A stretch of 64,000 nucleotides of DNA from Opitutaceae bacterium (GCA_051252375.1 JBPOFY010000001.1:544001-608000), one strand, 5' to 3'; counted from the stretch's first letter, positions 20,442 to 31,614 are shown. The notes: generated from the letters alone by a model not told the origin. Program-made: numbers and translations.

Positions 20442-22394
20442 TTATCGTGTGACCGGGAATCCTGCACGCTCAGGGTATTTTTCGATAAACTTGAGGAAGA
20501 TGTCTTTGGCAATGGGACCAGCGGTTGAGCCGCCGTGGTAGCTGTCGCTGGCTTTGGTGCCTTCGACCATAATGGCGACGGCGATTTGTGGATTGTTGGC
20601 TGGCGCAAAACCGACAAACCAAGCTAGGTTGACTTCTTTACCATGGGCGCGGAAGTCGGCGGTGCCTGTTTTGCCTGCGATGGGGAGACCGTCGATTTGC
20701 ACGAGACGACCGGTTCCGTCGGGGCCGATGACACGTTGCATACCTTCCCAAAGTTTTTGATATTGTTTTTGAGTGAGACCGATCGGCTCGCCGCCGTGGT
20801 TGACCTGCATGCCCTCTTCGCGGGACAGTGCGCGGAGGGTCGGTTGTGTTCGTGTTTCGCCGCGCGCGATGGATGCGATGGCGGTTGCCATCTGGAGTGG
20901 TGTGACGAGTAGGAAGCCTTGACCGATTGCGGTGTTTGCCGTGTCGCCGGGCACCCAGCCTGCCCCAACTTTTTCGCGTTTCCACTCTTTGGTGGGCACG
21001 ACTAGGCGGCTGGTTTCGTAGGGCACCTCGATGCCGGTTTTTTGATCGAGCCCAAAGCGGATCGCCTCGGCACTCAGTGTGTCGATACCCATTTTCAAGC
21101 CTTCGGTGTAGTAGAAGACATTACAACTGCCTTCGACGGCGCCCGCGAGGTCGACGACACCGTGACCGTAGCGGGCGTGGCAACGAAAGATACGGTTGCC
21201 GAGGCGATAGACACCTTGGCAATCATGCTCAGTTTCGGTTGTGAAAGTGCCCGAGCGAAGCCCAGCGATGGAAGTGATTAATTTAAAAGTGGAGCCTGGT
21301 GGGTAGGAGAGTTGAAGGGCGCGATTGAGCCAGGCGCCACGTTCATTGATCTCATCAAAAGTGGTGCGTGGGATGAATGGGCTAAGGTCGTTGAGGTCGT
21401 AGCTGGGGTGGCTGACAATAGTGAGCACCTCTCCTGTGTGCACATCGAGCGCAATAGCTGCGCCGGTTCGGTCGCCAAGTGCGGTCTCGGCTGCGAGTTG
21501 AAGGTCTATATCGATACTGGCGATGAGGTCCTCTCCTTGTTTGGGCGGCACCATGTCGAGGCGTGTGTCTTGAAAGCCGAGAGGATCGACTCGCCACATT
21601 TCGGTGCCTGTTGTGCCTGAAAGTAAATCGTCGAAAGAACGCTCAAGTCCTGTCTTTCCTCGCTTCGTTTTGAAGGTGTAAGTTTTGATGCCGTCGCTTG
21701 GAATATCTTCGGGGTCTGGGTTGACGTTTTGCACGTAGCCGAGTGTGTGTGCGGCAGCTACTCCGTAGGGGTAGTAGCGTGCGGTGTCTGTATGGACTTG
21801 TATCGGATGCTTAGGGTGCAGTTGCTCGATTAGGCGGGCGTATTGGTCGGGGCTAAGGTCTTCAACTAGGGGTAAGGGAAGGAGCAGTTGTTCGTTGAAG
21901 TGTCGAATGACTTTGCTCCGTGAAAGTGTATCGTTTCGTCCAGTGATCTGATTGATCTGATCGACGTAGCGTTGGATGACGTTCATGCGAGCCGTCCACG
22001 CGCAATCGCTACGGTTGGCGATGGGCACGGTGTCAGGGCGAAGCTCGAGAGGGGTCTGCTCAAATTCTTCAATGAGTAATGCATCGGCTGCGTCGCGAAC
22101 GACGACGAACTCTTTGCGAAACTCTTTACGAAGATCGTCTAGGTAAACGACTGCAGAGTAATGGGGGCGGTTGCCGACAAGTAGGCGACCGTTGCGGTCG
22201 TAAATGTCTCCTCGTGGACCGGGCTTGAGGATGCGACGTTCGGTTTGGCGTTTTTCGAGTTCTTTATACTCGTTCATGTCGATGAGCTGCCGCCATGCGA
22301 GCCCCGCAACTAACACTCCGCTGGCAACCAGCACAATCCATACAAAGAATAGGATGCGCGGGTTCTCCCCTTTATGCACATCGAATTGATTCAT
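20442..22394 (-). CDS. mrdA: Penicillin-binding protein 2
   Basis: [22 protein letters not shown]. Downstream of mreBCD. Confidence 0.93.
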   Translation of the reverse strand: MNQFDVHKGENPRILFFVWIVLVASGVLVAGLAWRQLIDMNEYKELEKRQTERRILKPGPRGDIYDRNGRLLVGNRPHYSAVVYLDDLRKEFRKEFVVVRDAADALLIEEFEQTPLELRPDTVPIANRSDCAWTARMNVIQRYVDQINQITGRNDTLSRSKVIRHFNEQLLLPLPLVEDLSPDQYARLIEQLHPKHPIQVHTDTARYYPYGVAAAHTLGYVQNVNPDPEDIPSDGIKTYTFKTKRGKTGLERSFDDLLSGTTGTEMWRVDPLGFQDTRLDMVPPKQGEDLIASIDIDLQLAAETALGDRTGAAIALDVHTGEVLTIVSHPSYDLNDLSPFIPRTTFDEINERGAWLNRALQLSYPPGSTFKLITSIAGLRSGTFTTETEHDCQGVYRLGNRIFRCHARYGHGVVDLAGAVEGSCNVFYYTEGLKMGIDTLSAEAIRFGLDQKTGIEVPYETSRLVVPTKEWKREKVGAGWVPGDTANTAIGQGFLLVTPLQMATAIASIARGETRTQPTLRALSREEGMQVNHGGEPIGLTQKQYQKLWEGMQRVIGPDGTGRLVQIDGLPIAGKTGTADFRAHGKEVNLAWFVGFAPANNPQIAVAIMVEGTKASDSYHGGSTAGPIAKDIFLKFIEKYPERAGFPVTR

Positions 22395-22921
22395 GAGATA
22401 GGAAAGTCTTCCGGTTCAGTGTCTAAGTGGCACAACTCGAACAGTAGGCGTTGCAGGTTGAAAAACCATGGCGCTACAATTAACAGGGTGAGGTGCGAGA
22501 TGAGCGAAGTGAGCAGAACCTGTATCCAAAATGCAGATACGAGTAGGTTCTCCACGCCTGATGCTACGGTGATTAATGCGATGGTGAAGAAATTGCACAC
22601 ATGTGCCAAAAGTATGGGGTGGTAGTTGTGCTCTGCGCGGAAGCGAAAACGTATTTGAAAGATGAATGCACCAGCTGCGAGGAAACCGAGGGTAATCAAT
22701 CCGAATGAGGCTGGTAGGGTTGCGTCGACCCATAGTCCGGTGAGTAATGTGCAGAGCACGTAGGAGCGGTGTCGGAGGAAGATGGCTGGCAGCACAAGCA
22801 TCGGGCCGAGTAGAACCAGATAGAGTGACCAGCTGCTAAGTGTAGAGTTCACCAATAGCGTTAAATAAAGGAGCAGTATATTTGCTCCGAACATGATAAT
22901 GATGCGTGGATCAAGGAGCAT
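22391..22921 (-). CDS. mreD: Rod shape-determining protein MreD-like membrane protein
   Basis: Polytopic hydrophobic protein (GLWVD) in the canonical position between mreC and mrdA. Confidence 0.65.
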   Translation of the reverse strand: MLLDPRIIIMFGANILLLYLTLLVNSTLSSWSLYLVLLGPMLVLPAIFLRHRSYVLCTLLTGLWVDATLPASFGLITLGFLAAGAFIFQIRFRFRAEHNYHPILLAHVCNFFTIALITVASGVENLLVSAFWIQVLLTSLISHLTLLIVAPWFFNLQRLLFELCHLDTEPEDFPIS

Positions 22922-23762
22922 CGATATCGAATTCAAGCGGGTTAAGTGGGATCAAAACGGCGACTTCATTAAGGCTAAGCAATCGCTCGTCGAGTAGGAC
23001 AGAGCCCGCCTGAAAGATGCCGGTGCTGCCGGGTTCTAGCCAAGCGACGGTGCCGAGCATGAGACCTGGGGGGAAGGTGCCGCCGAGTTGAGTCGAGACG
23101 AGTTTGAGTGGGGCTTGAGAGTTGGCGACGAGATCTTGAGGTGCATCTCGAACAGAGCCTTCGGGGTCGCCAAAGCCACTTTGTAGGATGCCTTGGTAAA
23201 CGACGGGTCGACCATCGCCTTCGAAAGTCGCAGCCATGCGAAAGTTCGGGCTGGTGACGAGTTCGACGCGACTGGTGAATGCATTCACTTCGACAACACG
23301 ACCAACCACGCCACCAGAAAAGATGACGGCGGCACCTTCGGGGATGTCGTAGTCGTTCCCTTTGCGGATAATGATTTGTTGCCACCATGCGCTCAGGTCG
23401 CGGCGCACGACACGGGCGACTTCGTAGCGGAATTCACGTCGGCTCGGCAGATTCAATATCGATTCGAGGCGTTCGACCTCGGCTTCGAGTGATTCGTTAC
23501 GCTGGGCGTAGTATTGGTAGTATGCTTTTTCGCGAGCGAGCTCGCGGCCGGCTTCGATGAGCTCGATTTTTGAATGGCTGCGTCTTGCCCAGAAGCCTTC
23601 TAGGTCGTCGAGGTATGAGCTGACGATCCACGCGGGAGCTTGAAACTCAGTGAAGCTTACTTTGAGGAAGGATTTTACAAATGTGGGCACGACCCACCAC
23701 ATGAGAAGAAAGGCGCCCAAGGCGACTATCGGTTTAAGCTTATCGAGGCGTAATTGCGCCAC
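22911..23762 (-). CDS. mreC: Rod shape-determining protein MreC
   Basis: TM, coiled coil, GVVGRV, GGTFPPGL. Confidence 0.92.
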   Translation of the reverse strand: MAQLRLDKLKPIVALGAFLLMWWVVPTFVKSFLKVSFTEFQAPAWIVSSYLDDLEGFWARRSHSKIELIEAGRELAREKAYYQYYAQRNESLEAEVERLESILNLPSRREFRYEVARVVRRDLSAWWQQIIIRKGNDYDIPEGAAVIFSGGVVGRVVEVNAFTSRVELVTSPNFRMAATFEGDGRPVVYQGILQSGFGDPEGSVRDAPQDLVANSQAPLKLVSTQLGGTFPPGLMLGTVAWLEPGSTGIFQAGSVLLDERLLSLNEVAVLIPLNPLEFDIDAP

Positions 23763-23770
23763 TTTTTAGG

Positions 23771-24793
23771 TTAGCTTTTAGGGTTACCTGTGAGGTCTTT
23801 CAAGAGAAAGGCCAACTCATCCAAAACCATACCTGTGCCATTTGCGACTGCACTGAGTGGGTCGTCGGCAATGATGACTGGTAATCCGGTGGCATCGCTT
23901 AATGCTTGGTCGAGACCACGGATCAGTGCGCCTCCGCCGGCGAGGAAAAATCCGCGGTCAACGAGGTCAGCTGAAAGTTCGGGTGGGCAACGTTCGAGGG
24001 CATTGCGCACAAGCTCGACGATCGAAGCGATCGTATCGGAAAGGGCTTCGCGAATTTCCTGCGAAGTGATGGTGATGGTCTTTGGGAGACCAGCCACAGA
24101 GTCACGACCGCGCACTTCCATGGAGACTTCTTCTTCCAGTGGGAAAGCGGAACCGACACGAATTTTAATTTCTTCAGAGGTGCGCTCGCCGATCATCAGA
24201 TTGTAAGCGCGCTTCATGTAGTTGACGATGGCGCTATCGATTTCGTCGCCGCCAACGCGGATACTCTTGGTGTAAACGACACCGGCAAGTGAGATAATCG
24301 CGACTTCGGTGGTGCCGCCGCCGATGTCGACGATCATGTTGGCAGCAGGTTCGTCGATCGGGAGTCCGACGCCGATAGCGGCTGCCATGGGCTCTTCAAG
24401 TAGCACAACATCGCGTGCGCCGGCACGGATGGCAGAGTCTTTAACAGCACGGCGTTCCACTTCTGTGATGCCCGAGGGGACAGCCACGACGATGCGGGGT
24501 GCAATAAATGTTTTCTTCCGGTTCACCTTGTTGATGAAATACCGGAGCATGGCTTCGGTGATCTCAAAATCGGCGATCACGCCGTCTTTCATGGGGCGAA
24601 TCGCGGTGATGTTTCCGGGGGTGCGTCCGAGCATCTTTTTCGCTTCGGAGCCAACCGCACAGACCTTCTTGGTCGAGGTGTAGATCGCGACAACGCTGGG
24701 CTCTCGCAGGACGATGCCCTTTTCTTTAGCGAACACGAGGGTGTTTGCTGTGCCGAGGTCGATGCCGATGTCGTTGGATAGAAAGCCGATCAC
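23771..24793 (-). CDS. mreB: Rod shape-determining protein MreB
   Basis: GIDLGTANT, RPMKDGVIADF, DIGGGTT, AGGGAL. Confidence 0.97.
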   Translation of the reverse strand: MIGFLSNDIGIDLGTANTLVFAKEKGIVLREPSVVAIYTSTKKVCAVGSEAKKMLGRTPGNITAIRPMKDGVIADFEITEAMLRYFINKVNRKKTFIAPRIVVAVPSGITEVERRAVKDSAIRAGARDVVLLEEPMAAAIGVGLPIDEPAANMIVDIGGGTTEVAIISLAGVVYTKSIRVGGDEIDSAIVNYMKRAYNLMIGERTSEEIKIRVGSAFPLEEEVSMEVRGRDSVAGLPKTITITSQEIREALSDTIASIVELVRNALERCPPELSADLVDRGFFLAGGGALIRGLDQALSDATGLPVIIADDPLSAVANGTGMVLDELAFLLKDLTGNPKS

Positions 24794-24904
24794 GTTGTGC
24801 GAGAGGTTGAGATGCGCGTGTTCACCAGTGGGTGAGCAGAGTGAGTTTTTCTATGAAAGCGATTGAAAGTCAAATAATTACCATGGAATAGGCAAACTCA
24901 TCGA

Positions 24905-26086
24905 CTAAGCGACGACTTTGAAGAAGATGCGCTTGCCTGCTTGGAAAATACTTTCGCTTTCTGGCGGTGTGATTTCGACGTTTGGATCGGTCTGCTTCTC
25001 TCCGTCCATCTTGACTCCACCTTGCTGCACGAGTCGGCGAATGGCACCCTTGCTTTCGAATAGGTCGGATTGTGCCATCACTTCAAAGAGAGGCGCACTG
25101 GCAGCGTCGCCGAGCAGATCGCTCCATGTGAAAGTGGGCATGTCGTCGGGAAGCTTATTCTTAGAGAAGACCTGCTCGAATTGCTCGAGCTCGTGTTTGC
25201 CTGCTTGCATGGAGTGGAATTGACCAACCAGTGAGCTTGCGAGGTGTTTCTTGGCCTCCATGGGGTGGCCGGTTTTGAGCTTTTCGATCTTTTCGTCGCT
25301 CAATTCGAGGAGGAGCTGGTAATAGGTCCACATCGTGTCGTCGCTGATCGACATGATTTTGCCAAACATGTCCTTTGGAGAATCTGTGAAGGCGATGTAG
25401 TTGTCGGCGCTCTTCGACATTTTCTTGGTGCCGTCCAGACCGATGAGCAGAGGCATCGTGATGACGGCTTGCTCCATCTTGCCGGCATCTTTTTGCAGTG
25501 CACGACCGACGAGCATGTTGAAGAGTTGGTCGGTGCCGCCGATTTCGACGTCTGCGTTGAGGATGAGCGAGTCGTAGCCTTGGATGAGTGGATACATGAA
25601 CTCGATCATGGAGATCGGTGCATTGCTGGCGTAGCGCTTGGCAAAGTCGTCGCGCTCGAGCATGCGAGCCACAGTCATCTTACGGGCGAGTTTGAGGCAG
25701 TCCTCAAAGCTCATGTCGTTGAACCAAGAGCTGTTATAAACGACTGTAGTCTTCTCTTCGTCGAGAATCTTGAAGGCTTGTTCGAGATAGGTTTCTGCGT
25801 TCCCAAAGATCTCTTCTTTTGTGAGCACCGGTCGAGTGCTGGAGCGTCCGGACGGGTCGCCGATGAGGGTGGTAAAGTCGCCGATGATCAGAACCGCTTC
25901 ATGTCCGAGGTCTTGGAATTGACGCAGTTTGTTGAATACCACCAAGTGACCAAAAGTGAGGTCGGGGCGTGTCGGATCGACGCCTAGTTTGACGCGCAGC
26001 GGGCGGTTGCCGTGCATGCGGTCTTCGAGTTCGGCTTCACCGATGATGGTTTCGGTGTTGGTGCGGATGGTTTCTATCAGGCTCAT
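24905..26086 (-). CDS. tyrS: Tyrosine--tRNA ligase
   Basis: GVDPT...FGH, YPLIQGYD, GGTDQ, KMSKS, C-terminal S4 domain. Confidence 0.96.
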   Translation of the reverse strand: MSLIETIRTNTETIIGEAELEDRMHGNRPLRVKLGVDPTRPDLTFGHLVVFNKLRQFQDLGHEAVLIIGDFTTLIGDPSGRSSTRPVLTKEEIFGNAETYLEQAFKILDEEKTTVVYNSSWFNDMSFEDCLKLARKMTVARMLERDDFAKRYASNAPISMIEFMYPLIQGYDSLILNADVEIGGTDQLFNMLVGRALQKDAGKMEQAVITMPLLIGLDGTKKMSKSADNYIAFTDSPKDMFGKIMSISDDTMWTYYQLLLELSDEKIEKLKTGHPMEAKKHLASSLVGQFHSMQAGKHELEQFEQVFSKNKLPDDMPTFTWSDLLGDAASAPLFEVMAQSDLFESKGAIRRLVQQGGVKMDGEKQTDPNVEITPPESESIFQAGKRIFFKVVA

Positions 26087-26092
26087 TTTTTG

Positions 26093-26126
26093 AGAAGTAA
26101 GAAGTCAGGAGTTAGAAGTCAGAGGG
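26093..26126. repeat. Single-arm 7-bp array just upstream of the tyrS start
   Basis: AGAAGTA AGAAGTC AGGAGTT AGAAGTC AGAGGG. Confidence 0.7.
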
Positions 26127-26192
26127 CCTAACAGCTAACGCTAGTGTGCGATAAAAGTGAGCCGATGGGCTCTATCGTAAAGAAAAATCTGC

Positions 26193-27278
26193 TTAGCGGA
26201 TCGTGATGTAGGGCTCAATTGGGCGATTGCAGTTGGCTGATGCGACAAAGGTGTCGCGGTCTTCGGTCGAATCGAATAGATAGAGAGCATAGCCGCCCCA
26301 GCCGCCGCCGAGGTATTTACGTCCGACACAGCCTTTGGCGTCGGGTAGTTCGCGCATACCTTCGCCGAGTTGGGCTTGGTAGCTGAGTTGCACGGCCTCG
26401 CCGAGTTTGTTTAAGTCGCGGAGAAAGACGCCTTCCTTAGCGGTTTCGCCGGCTTTTTGAACCAGGTCGTAGTCCCGATCGTTGTCTGCGTTGGCAGGGG
26501 TGTCGTGCGGAATGTCAGTGTAGTGCAGTGCCATGTGTCCACGTAAGAAATCACCATTGCGCTTGAAATGGAGCACGGGCTTTGGACCACTACGCCACGC
26601 GCAGAGTCCGGTTTCTCGGATGATGGCGGGGTCTTGCCAGCCGACGCCGAGGTTCAATTCGCTTTCGACTCCGTCGTTACCATTGAGCAAAGCCCATGCA
26701 CCGCTGCCGCCGAGGCCGGATTTTTGTTCGTAGCACCAGTCGGTGAGTGACACGAGTGGGGAGATCGCACAGTTGACGATGTAGGCACCTTCGCGAGCAT
26801 GGCGTGGCACATCGAGCCAGCCGCCGCCGAAATCGACACGTAGTGGCGCATACGCCGGGGTGCGGATATTGCGCACGATCGAGCTGGTGGAGACGGGAGT
26901 GAACTGTGGCGGGGTCTTCGGTAGGATGACGTATTCTGCGCCAACTTCCTCGCACAGCGCTCGTTTAGCAGCGCCGTATTGGTCGTCTTCTGTGACCGCC
27001 AGTATGTCGGGGCGAATCTTTAAAAAGTGGTCTTTGAAATCGAGCCCGAGGTCATCGCAATCACCGATGACGACTTGATCGACGATGTCCAAGCTGGTCA
27101 TCAGCGCGAGCTTGTGGTCCTGCGGGATGGAGGTGCGGCGTTTTTTATGCTCCCAGAGCACTTTGTCCGAAGCGAAGCAGACGGTGAGGTGGTCGCCGAG
27201 GGCACGCGCTTCTTTGAAGAACTGGATGTGCCCGCCGTGTAGAATGTCGTAGCAGCCGGAAATAAAGACTTTTTTCAT
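26193..27278 (-). CDS. Cytidylyltransferase-like domain fused to a compact GHMP sugar kinase
   Basis: N-terminal GCYDILHGGH and STSSI. C-terminal APLRVDFGGGWLD, SGLGGSG, GWQD, KYLGGGWGG. Confidence 0.82.
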   Translation of the reverse strand: MKKVFISGCYDILHGGHIQFFKEARALGDHLTVCFASDKVLWEHKKRRTSIPQDHKLALMTSLDIVDQVVIGDCDDLGLDFKDHFLKIRPDILAVTEDDQYGAAKRALCEEVGAEYVILPKTPPQFTPVSTSSIVRNIRTPAYAPLRVDFGGGWLDVPRHAREGAYIVNCAISPLVSLTDWCYEQKSGLGGSGAWALLNGNDGVESELNLGVGWQDPAIIRETGLCAWRSGPKPVLHFKRNGDFLRGHMALHYTDIPHDTPANADNDRDYDLVQKAGETAKEGVFLRDLNKLGEAVQLSYQAQLGEGMRELPDAKGCVGRKYLGGGWGGYALYLFDSTEDRDTFVASANCNRPIEPYITIR

Positions 27279-27300
27279 ACAGAGAGGATTTAGGAATTAA

Positions 27301-27867
27301 TTACAAACGTTGGCGCACCGCCTCGTAAAGGCAGACACCTGCAGAAACGGAAACATTAAGGCAGTCGACTGTGCCAGCCATTGGTAGGCTGACGAGATGA
27401 TCGCAGTGATCGCCGGTTACTTTTCGGAGTCCCCAGCCTTCGCTGCCTAGGATGAAAGCAGTCGGACCAGTTAAATTGACGTCGTAGAGGGAATCATTGC
27501 CGCGATCGGAAGTGCCTACAATTTGAATGCCCGCTTCTTTGAGCTTACGGATCAAATTACTGAAATTTTTGCTTTTAAGGAAAGGCACATCGTCGGCACC
27601 GCCGCAGGATATGTCGCGCACGGTCGGAGTAATCCCGACGGCACCTTTGATCGGAGCCAGCACCGCAGTAACACCGGCGCCGGAGGCCGAGCGTAAGCAT
27701 GCGCCCAGATTATGTGGGTCCTGCACGCCTTCGAGGATCAAGAGTAAGGGGTTCTCCGTGCGCTCTATGAGATCGAAGAGATCATCCTCGTTCTCAAGAT
27801 AGATGATAGTGGGTCCCTTCGAGTGACGAGGTGCCCGTTTGATTTTGTGAATAGAATTGCGGCCCAT
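27301..27867 (-). CDS. SpoU/TrmH-family RNA 2'-O-methyltransferase, RlmB-like catalytic domain only
   Basis: GVQDPHNLGACLRS, GSEGWG, LPMAG, LNVSVSAG. Confidence 0.85.
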   Translation of the reverse strand: MGRNSIHKIKRAPRHSKGPTIIYLENEDDLFDLIERTENPLLLILEGVQDPHNLGACLRSASGAGVTAVLAPIKGAVGITPTVRDISCGGADDVPFLKSKNFSNLIRKLKEAGIQIVGTSDRGNDSLYDVNLTGPTAFILGSEGWGLRKVTGDHCDHLVSLPMAGTVDCLNVSVSAGVCLYEAVRQRL

Positions 27868-27880
27868 GGTTTTTGAAAAA

Positions 27881-27911
27881 GCTGAAAGATGAAAACTGAA
27901 ATGCTGAAAGC
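27881..27911. repeat. Single-arm 7/8-bp array upstream of the methyltransferase start
   Basis: GCTGAAA GATGAAA ACTGAAA TGCTGAAA GC. Confidence 0.65.
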
Positions 27912-27933
27912 ATAGAGTTATTGAGAGTGAGAA

Positions 27934-28983
27934 CTAAAAGAGATCAGGCTGTGCGCCTTTGGTTGTGGGCTCGAGACCGATGACTTGCCAGCCTTTATTA
28001 GTGAGGATGCGGCCTTGGGGGGTGCGCTGAAGGTAGCCTTCTTGGATGAGGAAGGGTTCGTGGACTTCTTCGAGGGTGTGGGCTTCTTCGCCGACGGCGA
28101 CGGCCACGGTGCCGAGCCCGACAGGACCGCCTTTGTAGTTTTCGGCCATCACACGCATGACTTGCTTATCCATTTCATCGAGACCGCGTTGATCGATTTC
28201 GAGGAGCTCGAGTGCGGCGGCGGCCATGTCTTTGGTGATGACACCGTTGCCGCGCTGCTGGGCAAAGTCGCGAGAGAAATTGATCAGGTTGTTGGCGATA
28301 CGTGGTGTGCCACGGGCGCGGCGGGCGATTTCGGCGGCACCTTCGGGCTCGAATTTTACATCGAGCAGTCCGCACGTGCGTTCGACTATACCTTGTAGGG
28401 TGGCGTGGTCGTAATAACTGAGGCGCGATTGTAGCGTGAAGCGGCTGCGGAGCGGCGCAGTCAACAGGCCCATCCGAGTGGTGGCGCCGAGCAAAGTGAA
28501 GCGGGGTAGACTGAGGCGCACACTACGGGCGTTGGGACCTTGATCGATCATGATGTCGATTCGGAAGTCTTCCATCGCGGAGTAGAGATACTCTTCGACG
28601 GTTTTTGAAATACGGTGGATCTCGTCGATGAAGAGGATGTCACCTTCGTTGAGATTGGTGAGCAAGCCAGCAAGGTCGGCTGGTTTGTCGATCACCGGAC
28701 CCGAAGTGATGGTGACTTTGCGCCCCATCTCGTGCCCCAGTAGCAGTGAAAGAGTGGTTTTGCCTAGTCCCGGAGGACCACTGAGCAAAATATGGTTGAG
28801 TGGTTCGCCGCGATCTCGGGCGGCGCCGACCATGACTTTGAGGCGCTCGATGGTTTTGGGTTGCCCCGCGAAGTCGTCGAAAGACAGCGGGCGCAACATC
28901 GACTCTTCCGAGCTAATCGGATCGGCGAGGGTTTGCTCGATGAATTCTGTGCCGGTAGGCGGGTCTTCTGGAGTAAATGGCAT
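27934..28983 (-). CDS. ruvB: Holliday junction branch migration helicase
   Basis: LRP, GPPGLGKTT, FIDEIHR, GATTR, RTPQGR. Confidence 0.97.
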   Translation of the reverse strand: MPFTPEDPPTGTEFIEQTLADPISSEESMLRPLSFDDFAGQPKTIERLKVMVGAARDRGEPLNHILLSGPPGLGKTTLSLLLGHEMGRKVTITSGPVIDKPADLAGLLTNLNEGDILFIDEIHRISKTVEEYLYSAMEDFRIDIMIDQGPNARSVRLSLPRFTLLGATTRMGLLTAPLRSRFTLQSRLSYYDHATLQGIVERTCGLLDVKFEPEGAAEIARRARGTPRIANNLINFSRDFAQQRGNGVITKDMAAAALELLEIDQRGLDEMDKQVMRVMAENYKGGPVGLGTVAVAVGEEAHTLEEVHEPFLIQEGYLQRTPQGRILTNKGWQVIGLEPTTKGAQPDLF

Positions 28984-29138
28984 GATACGAGGTGTCTATG
29001 TGTGCACCTAACACATCAACAGATCCACGCTAGTCAACTAATCCGAGAGGGCAGTCTTTAGAAACTGGGTTTCTCGGCGTGAATTTTTACTGAGTGTGCC
29101 CTGCGGGCGCCTCCATCGTCGCCTATTGCTCAGGTCGT

Positions 29139-30146
29139 TTACTGTTGCTGTTGTTGCTGCTGCCATTGCCACTGTGTGCGGTCGTATTGAGGCAGGCTGT
29201 TGATCTCTTGTGGTAGCAAAATGTAAGTCTCGAAAATCTGACGCCCGATTTTATTGAACTGCTGTTGGAGTTCATCGAAGTAGTCGTGATAGCCAATACT
29301 TTGAACGCTTAGGATGTTCGAGAAATTGAGCTGTGCGAGCGTGCTACCCGCGAGGCGCTCTGCTTCGTTGGAAAAGCTACCGTCGGACGTGCCAGAGATC
29401 GAGTGCAGCTGACTGTCGATTTGACGTAAGCAGAAGCGAACCGAGCGCGGGAATGACGGAGAGAAAAGCAGGAAGTCCACGACGTTTTCCAGTGTGACTT
29501 CACCACGGCTCTCAGCGCGGAAGGCAGAGAAGGCCGAGCATGAGCGAAGTGCAGACGCGAGCTTGCCGCGATCTGGGTCGGATTCGAAGGCGAGCATATC
29601 GAGCACGCGAGTGGTCTTGTCGGCTCGTTCTAGGTAGCGGCCAGCTTCGATGAAGTGCCAACCTTCGTCGTGCAAAATTGTAGCGTTGATTAGGCCCGAA
29701 AAGAGCATGCAGGCTTTGATCGTTCTGCGGTAGAAATCCTCAGGTCGTTCTTCCCAGAGTGTTTCAGCTTCATTCGACTGTATGAAGAGGTGGAAACTGT
29801 TGAGCTCTAGCCAAATTTCTTCCGAGATTTGGTCACGCACCATACGTGCATTTTCGCGCGCTTGTGCAATGCAGGAACGGATCGAGTCGCCGTCGGATAT
29901 CGAAAAGGTGATAAACCGATTTACATCGATGTCTTCGCTGGCGGCTTCTTTGGCCTTGTTGTAGTTCTCTTGCGCGGCGGTCGCGTAAAGCAGTGGGTGC
30001 CAGAGCGTATTATCTCTGCTGCTGCTGGGACTCTCGATGTTGTCGAGCTCGTCGTAACGATTGACGGCGACAAGACGTGTTAGATTTTCGGCCCGTTCGA
30101 GATAACGGCTGAGCCAGTAGAGACTGTTGGCAACGCGTGAAAGCAT
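29139..30146 (-). CDS. Alpha-E domain protein (DUF403) with poly-Gln C-terminus
   Basis: MLSRVANSLYWLSRYLERAEN, ARENAR, GRYLERAD, FPRSVRFC. Ends QWQWQQQQQQQ. Confidence 0.92.
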   Translation of the reverse strand: MLSRVANSLYWLSRYLERAENLTRLVAVNRYDELDNIESPSSSRDNTLWHPLLYATAAQENYNKAKEAASEDIDVNRFITFSISDGDSIRSCIAQARENARMVRDQISEEIWLELNSFHLFIQSNEAETLWEERPEDFYRRTIKACMLFSGLINATILHDEGWHFIEAGRYLERADKTTRVLDMLAFESDPDRGKLASALRSCSAFSAFRAESRGEVTLENVVDFLLFSPSFPRSVRFCLRQIDSQLHSISGTSDGSFSNEAERLAGSTLAQLNFSNILSVQSIGYHDYFDELQQQFNKIGRQIFETYILLPQEINSLPQYDRTQWQWQQQQQQQ

Positions 30147-30168
30147 ATCTGTAAAACTTTAAGGAGTA

Positions 30169-31602
30169 TTATTTATAGAGAACCCAAGTGTCTTTACTTC
30201 CGCCGCCTTGGGAGGAGTTGACAATGAGGGAGCCCTTATTGAGTGCGACGCGTGTCAGGCCGCCGGGTATGATTTCGATTTTGTCACCATAGAGAATGAA
30301 TGGGCGTAAGTCGATGTGTCTGCCTTCGATGGCATTGTCACCGCAGATCGTCGGGTGGCGGGAAAGTGAGACCACTGGCTGAGCGATATAGTTGCGCGGG
30401 TTTTCTTTGATCTTCGTGGTAAACTCAGCGCGTTGTGCGGCTGTCGAGCTTGGCCCCATCAGCATTCCGTAGCCGCCAGATTCGTTGGCTGCTTTGACGA
30501 CGAGACTCTCCAAATTATCGAGGATATATTTACGGTCTTCATCGCGCCATGCGAGATAGGTCGGCACACTTTCGAGGATCGGCTCTTGATCTAAGTAATA
30601 CCGAATCATGTCGTCGACGTAGGCGTAGGTTACTTTGTCGTCAGCAACACCTGTGCCGACAGCATTGGCGAGAGCGACATTACCGCTAAGATAAGCTTCC
30701 ATCAAGCCTGGCACGCCGAGCATGGAGTCTTTACGGAAGACACGTGGATCAAGGAAATCATCGTCGAGTCGACGGTAGATCACATCGACTTGCACGAGGC
30801 CGTGAGTCGTGCGCATGAATACGTAACCATTGAGGACGATTAAGTCACGACCTTCGACGATTTCGATGCCCATCTTACGAGCGAGGAAAGTGTGTTCGAA
30901 GTAGGCGCTATTGTAGACCCCTGGAGTCAGCAGCACGCAAACCGGAGTTTGGCCCGCACGCGGGGAGAGGTGCTGCATTGTCTTGAGTAGGAGTTCCGGG
31001 TAATTGCCTACTGGGCGCACGCCGCATTCGCGATAGAGTTTAGGGAAGGCGCGCTTCATTGCTTCGCGGTTTTCCAATAGATAGGAAACTCCGGAAGGGC
31101 AACGGCCGTTATCTTCGAGGACGAGATACTTGCCTTTATCGTCGCGAATCAGGTCGGTTCCACAAATCTGGAGGTAGATGTCTTTCGGCACGTCGACACC
31201 ACACATTTCGGGGCGGTAGTGCGCAGCTTCCTTGACGACAGATTCTGGGATGATGCCGTCTTTGATAATCTTGGCATCGTGGTAGATGTCATTGAGGAAG
31301 AGATTCAGCGCGATGATGCGTTGAGTGAGACCCTGTTCGACAGTTTGCCATTCATCGTTCGGAATGATCCGTGGAATCAAATCGAAGGGGAAGATGCGTT
31401 CGGTTCCCTTGTCGTCTCCATACACGGTGAAAGTGATGCCCTGCTCTAAAAAGCCTGCGTCGACTAAGCGCTGCTTCTCGCTCAAGTCTTGGGCACTGAC
31501 GCTGTCGAAACGATTGAGGAGTGGGGAGTAGTGATCGAAGCATTTGCCTGGATCGGCGAACATCTCGTCGAAAAACGCCTCTTTTTGGTAATTATTAAAC
31601 AT
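30169..31602 (-). CDS. Circularly permuted type 2 ATP-grasp protein
   Basis: [58 protein letters not shown]. Start is ATG 31602 or 31608. Confidence 0.93.
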   Translation of the reverse strand: MFNNYQKEAFFDEMFADPGKCFDHYSPLLNRFDSVSAQDLSEKQRLVDAGFLEQGITFTVYGDDKGTERIFPFDLIPRIIPNDEWQTVEQGLTQRIIALNLFLNDIYHDAKIIKDGIIPESVVKEAAHYRPEMCGVDVPKDIYLQICGTDLIRDDKGKYLVLEDNGRCPSGVSYLLENREAMKRAFPKLYRECGVRPVGNYPELLLKTMQHLSPRAGQTPVCVLLTPGVYNSAYFEHTFLARKMGIEIVEGRDLIVLNGYVFMRTTHGLVQVDVIYRRLDDDFLDPRVFRKDSMLGVPGLMEAYLSGNVALANAVGTGVADDKVTYAYVDDMIRYYLDQEPILESVPTYLAWRDEDRKYILDNLESLVVKAANESGGYGMLMGPSSTAAQRAEFTTKIKENPRNYIAQPVVSLSRHPTICGDNAIEGRHIDLRPFILYGDKIEIIPGGLTRVALNKGSLIVNSSQGGGSKDTWVLYK

Positions 31603-31614
31603 TGTCATGAGGTC

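Noticed and set aside
25244..25987. 247-aa + strand ORF and many similar antisense ORFs
   Set aside because: They lie wholly antisense to well-supported genes such as tyrS and have no recognisable motifs; this is an expected codon-bias shadow.
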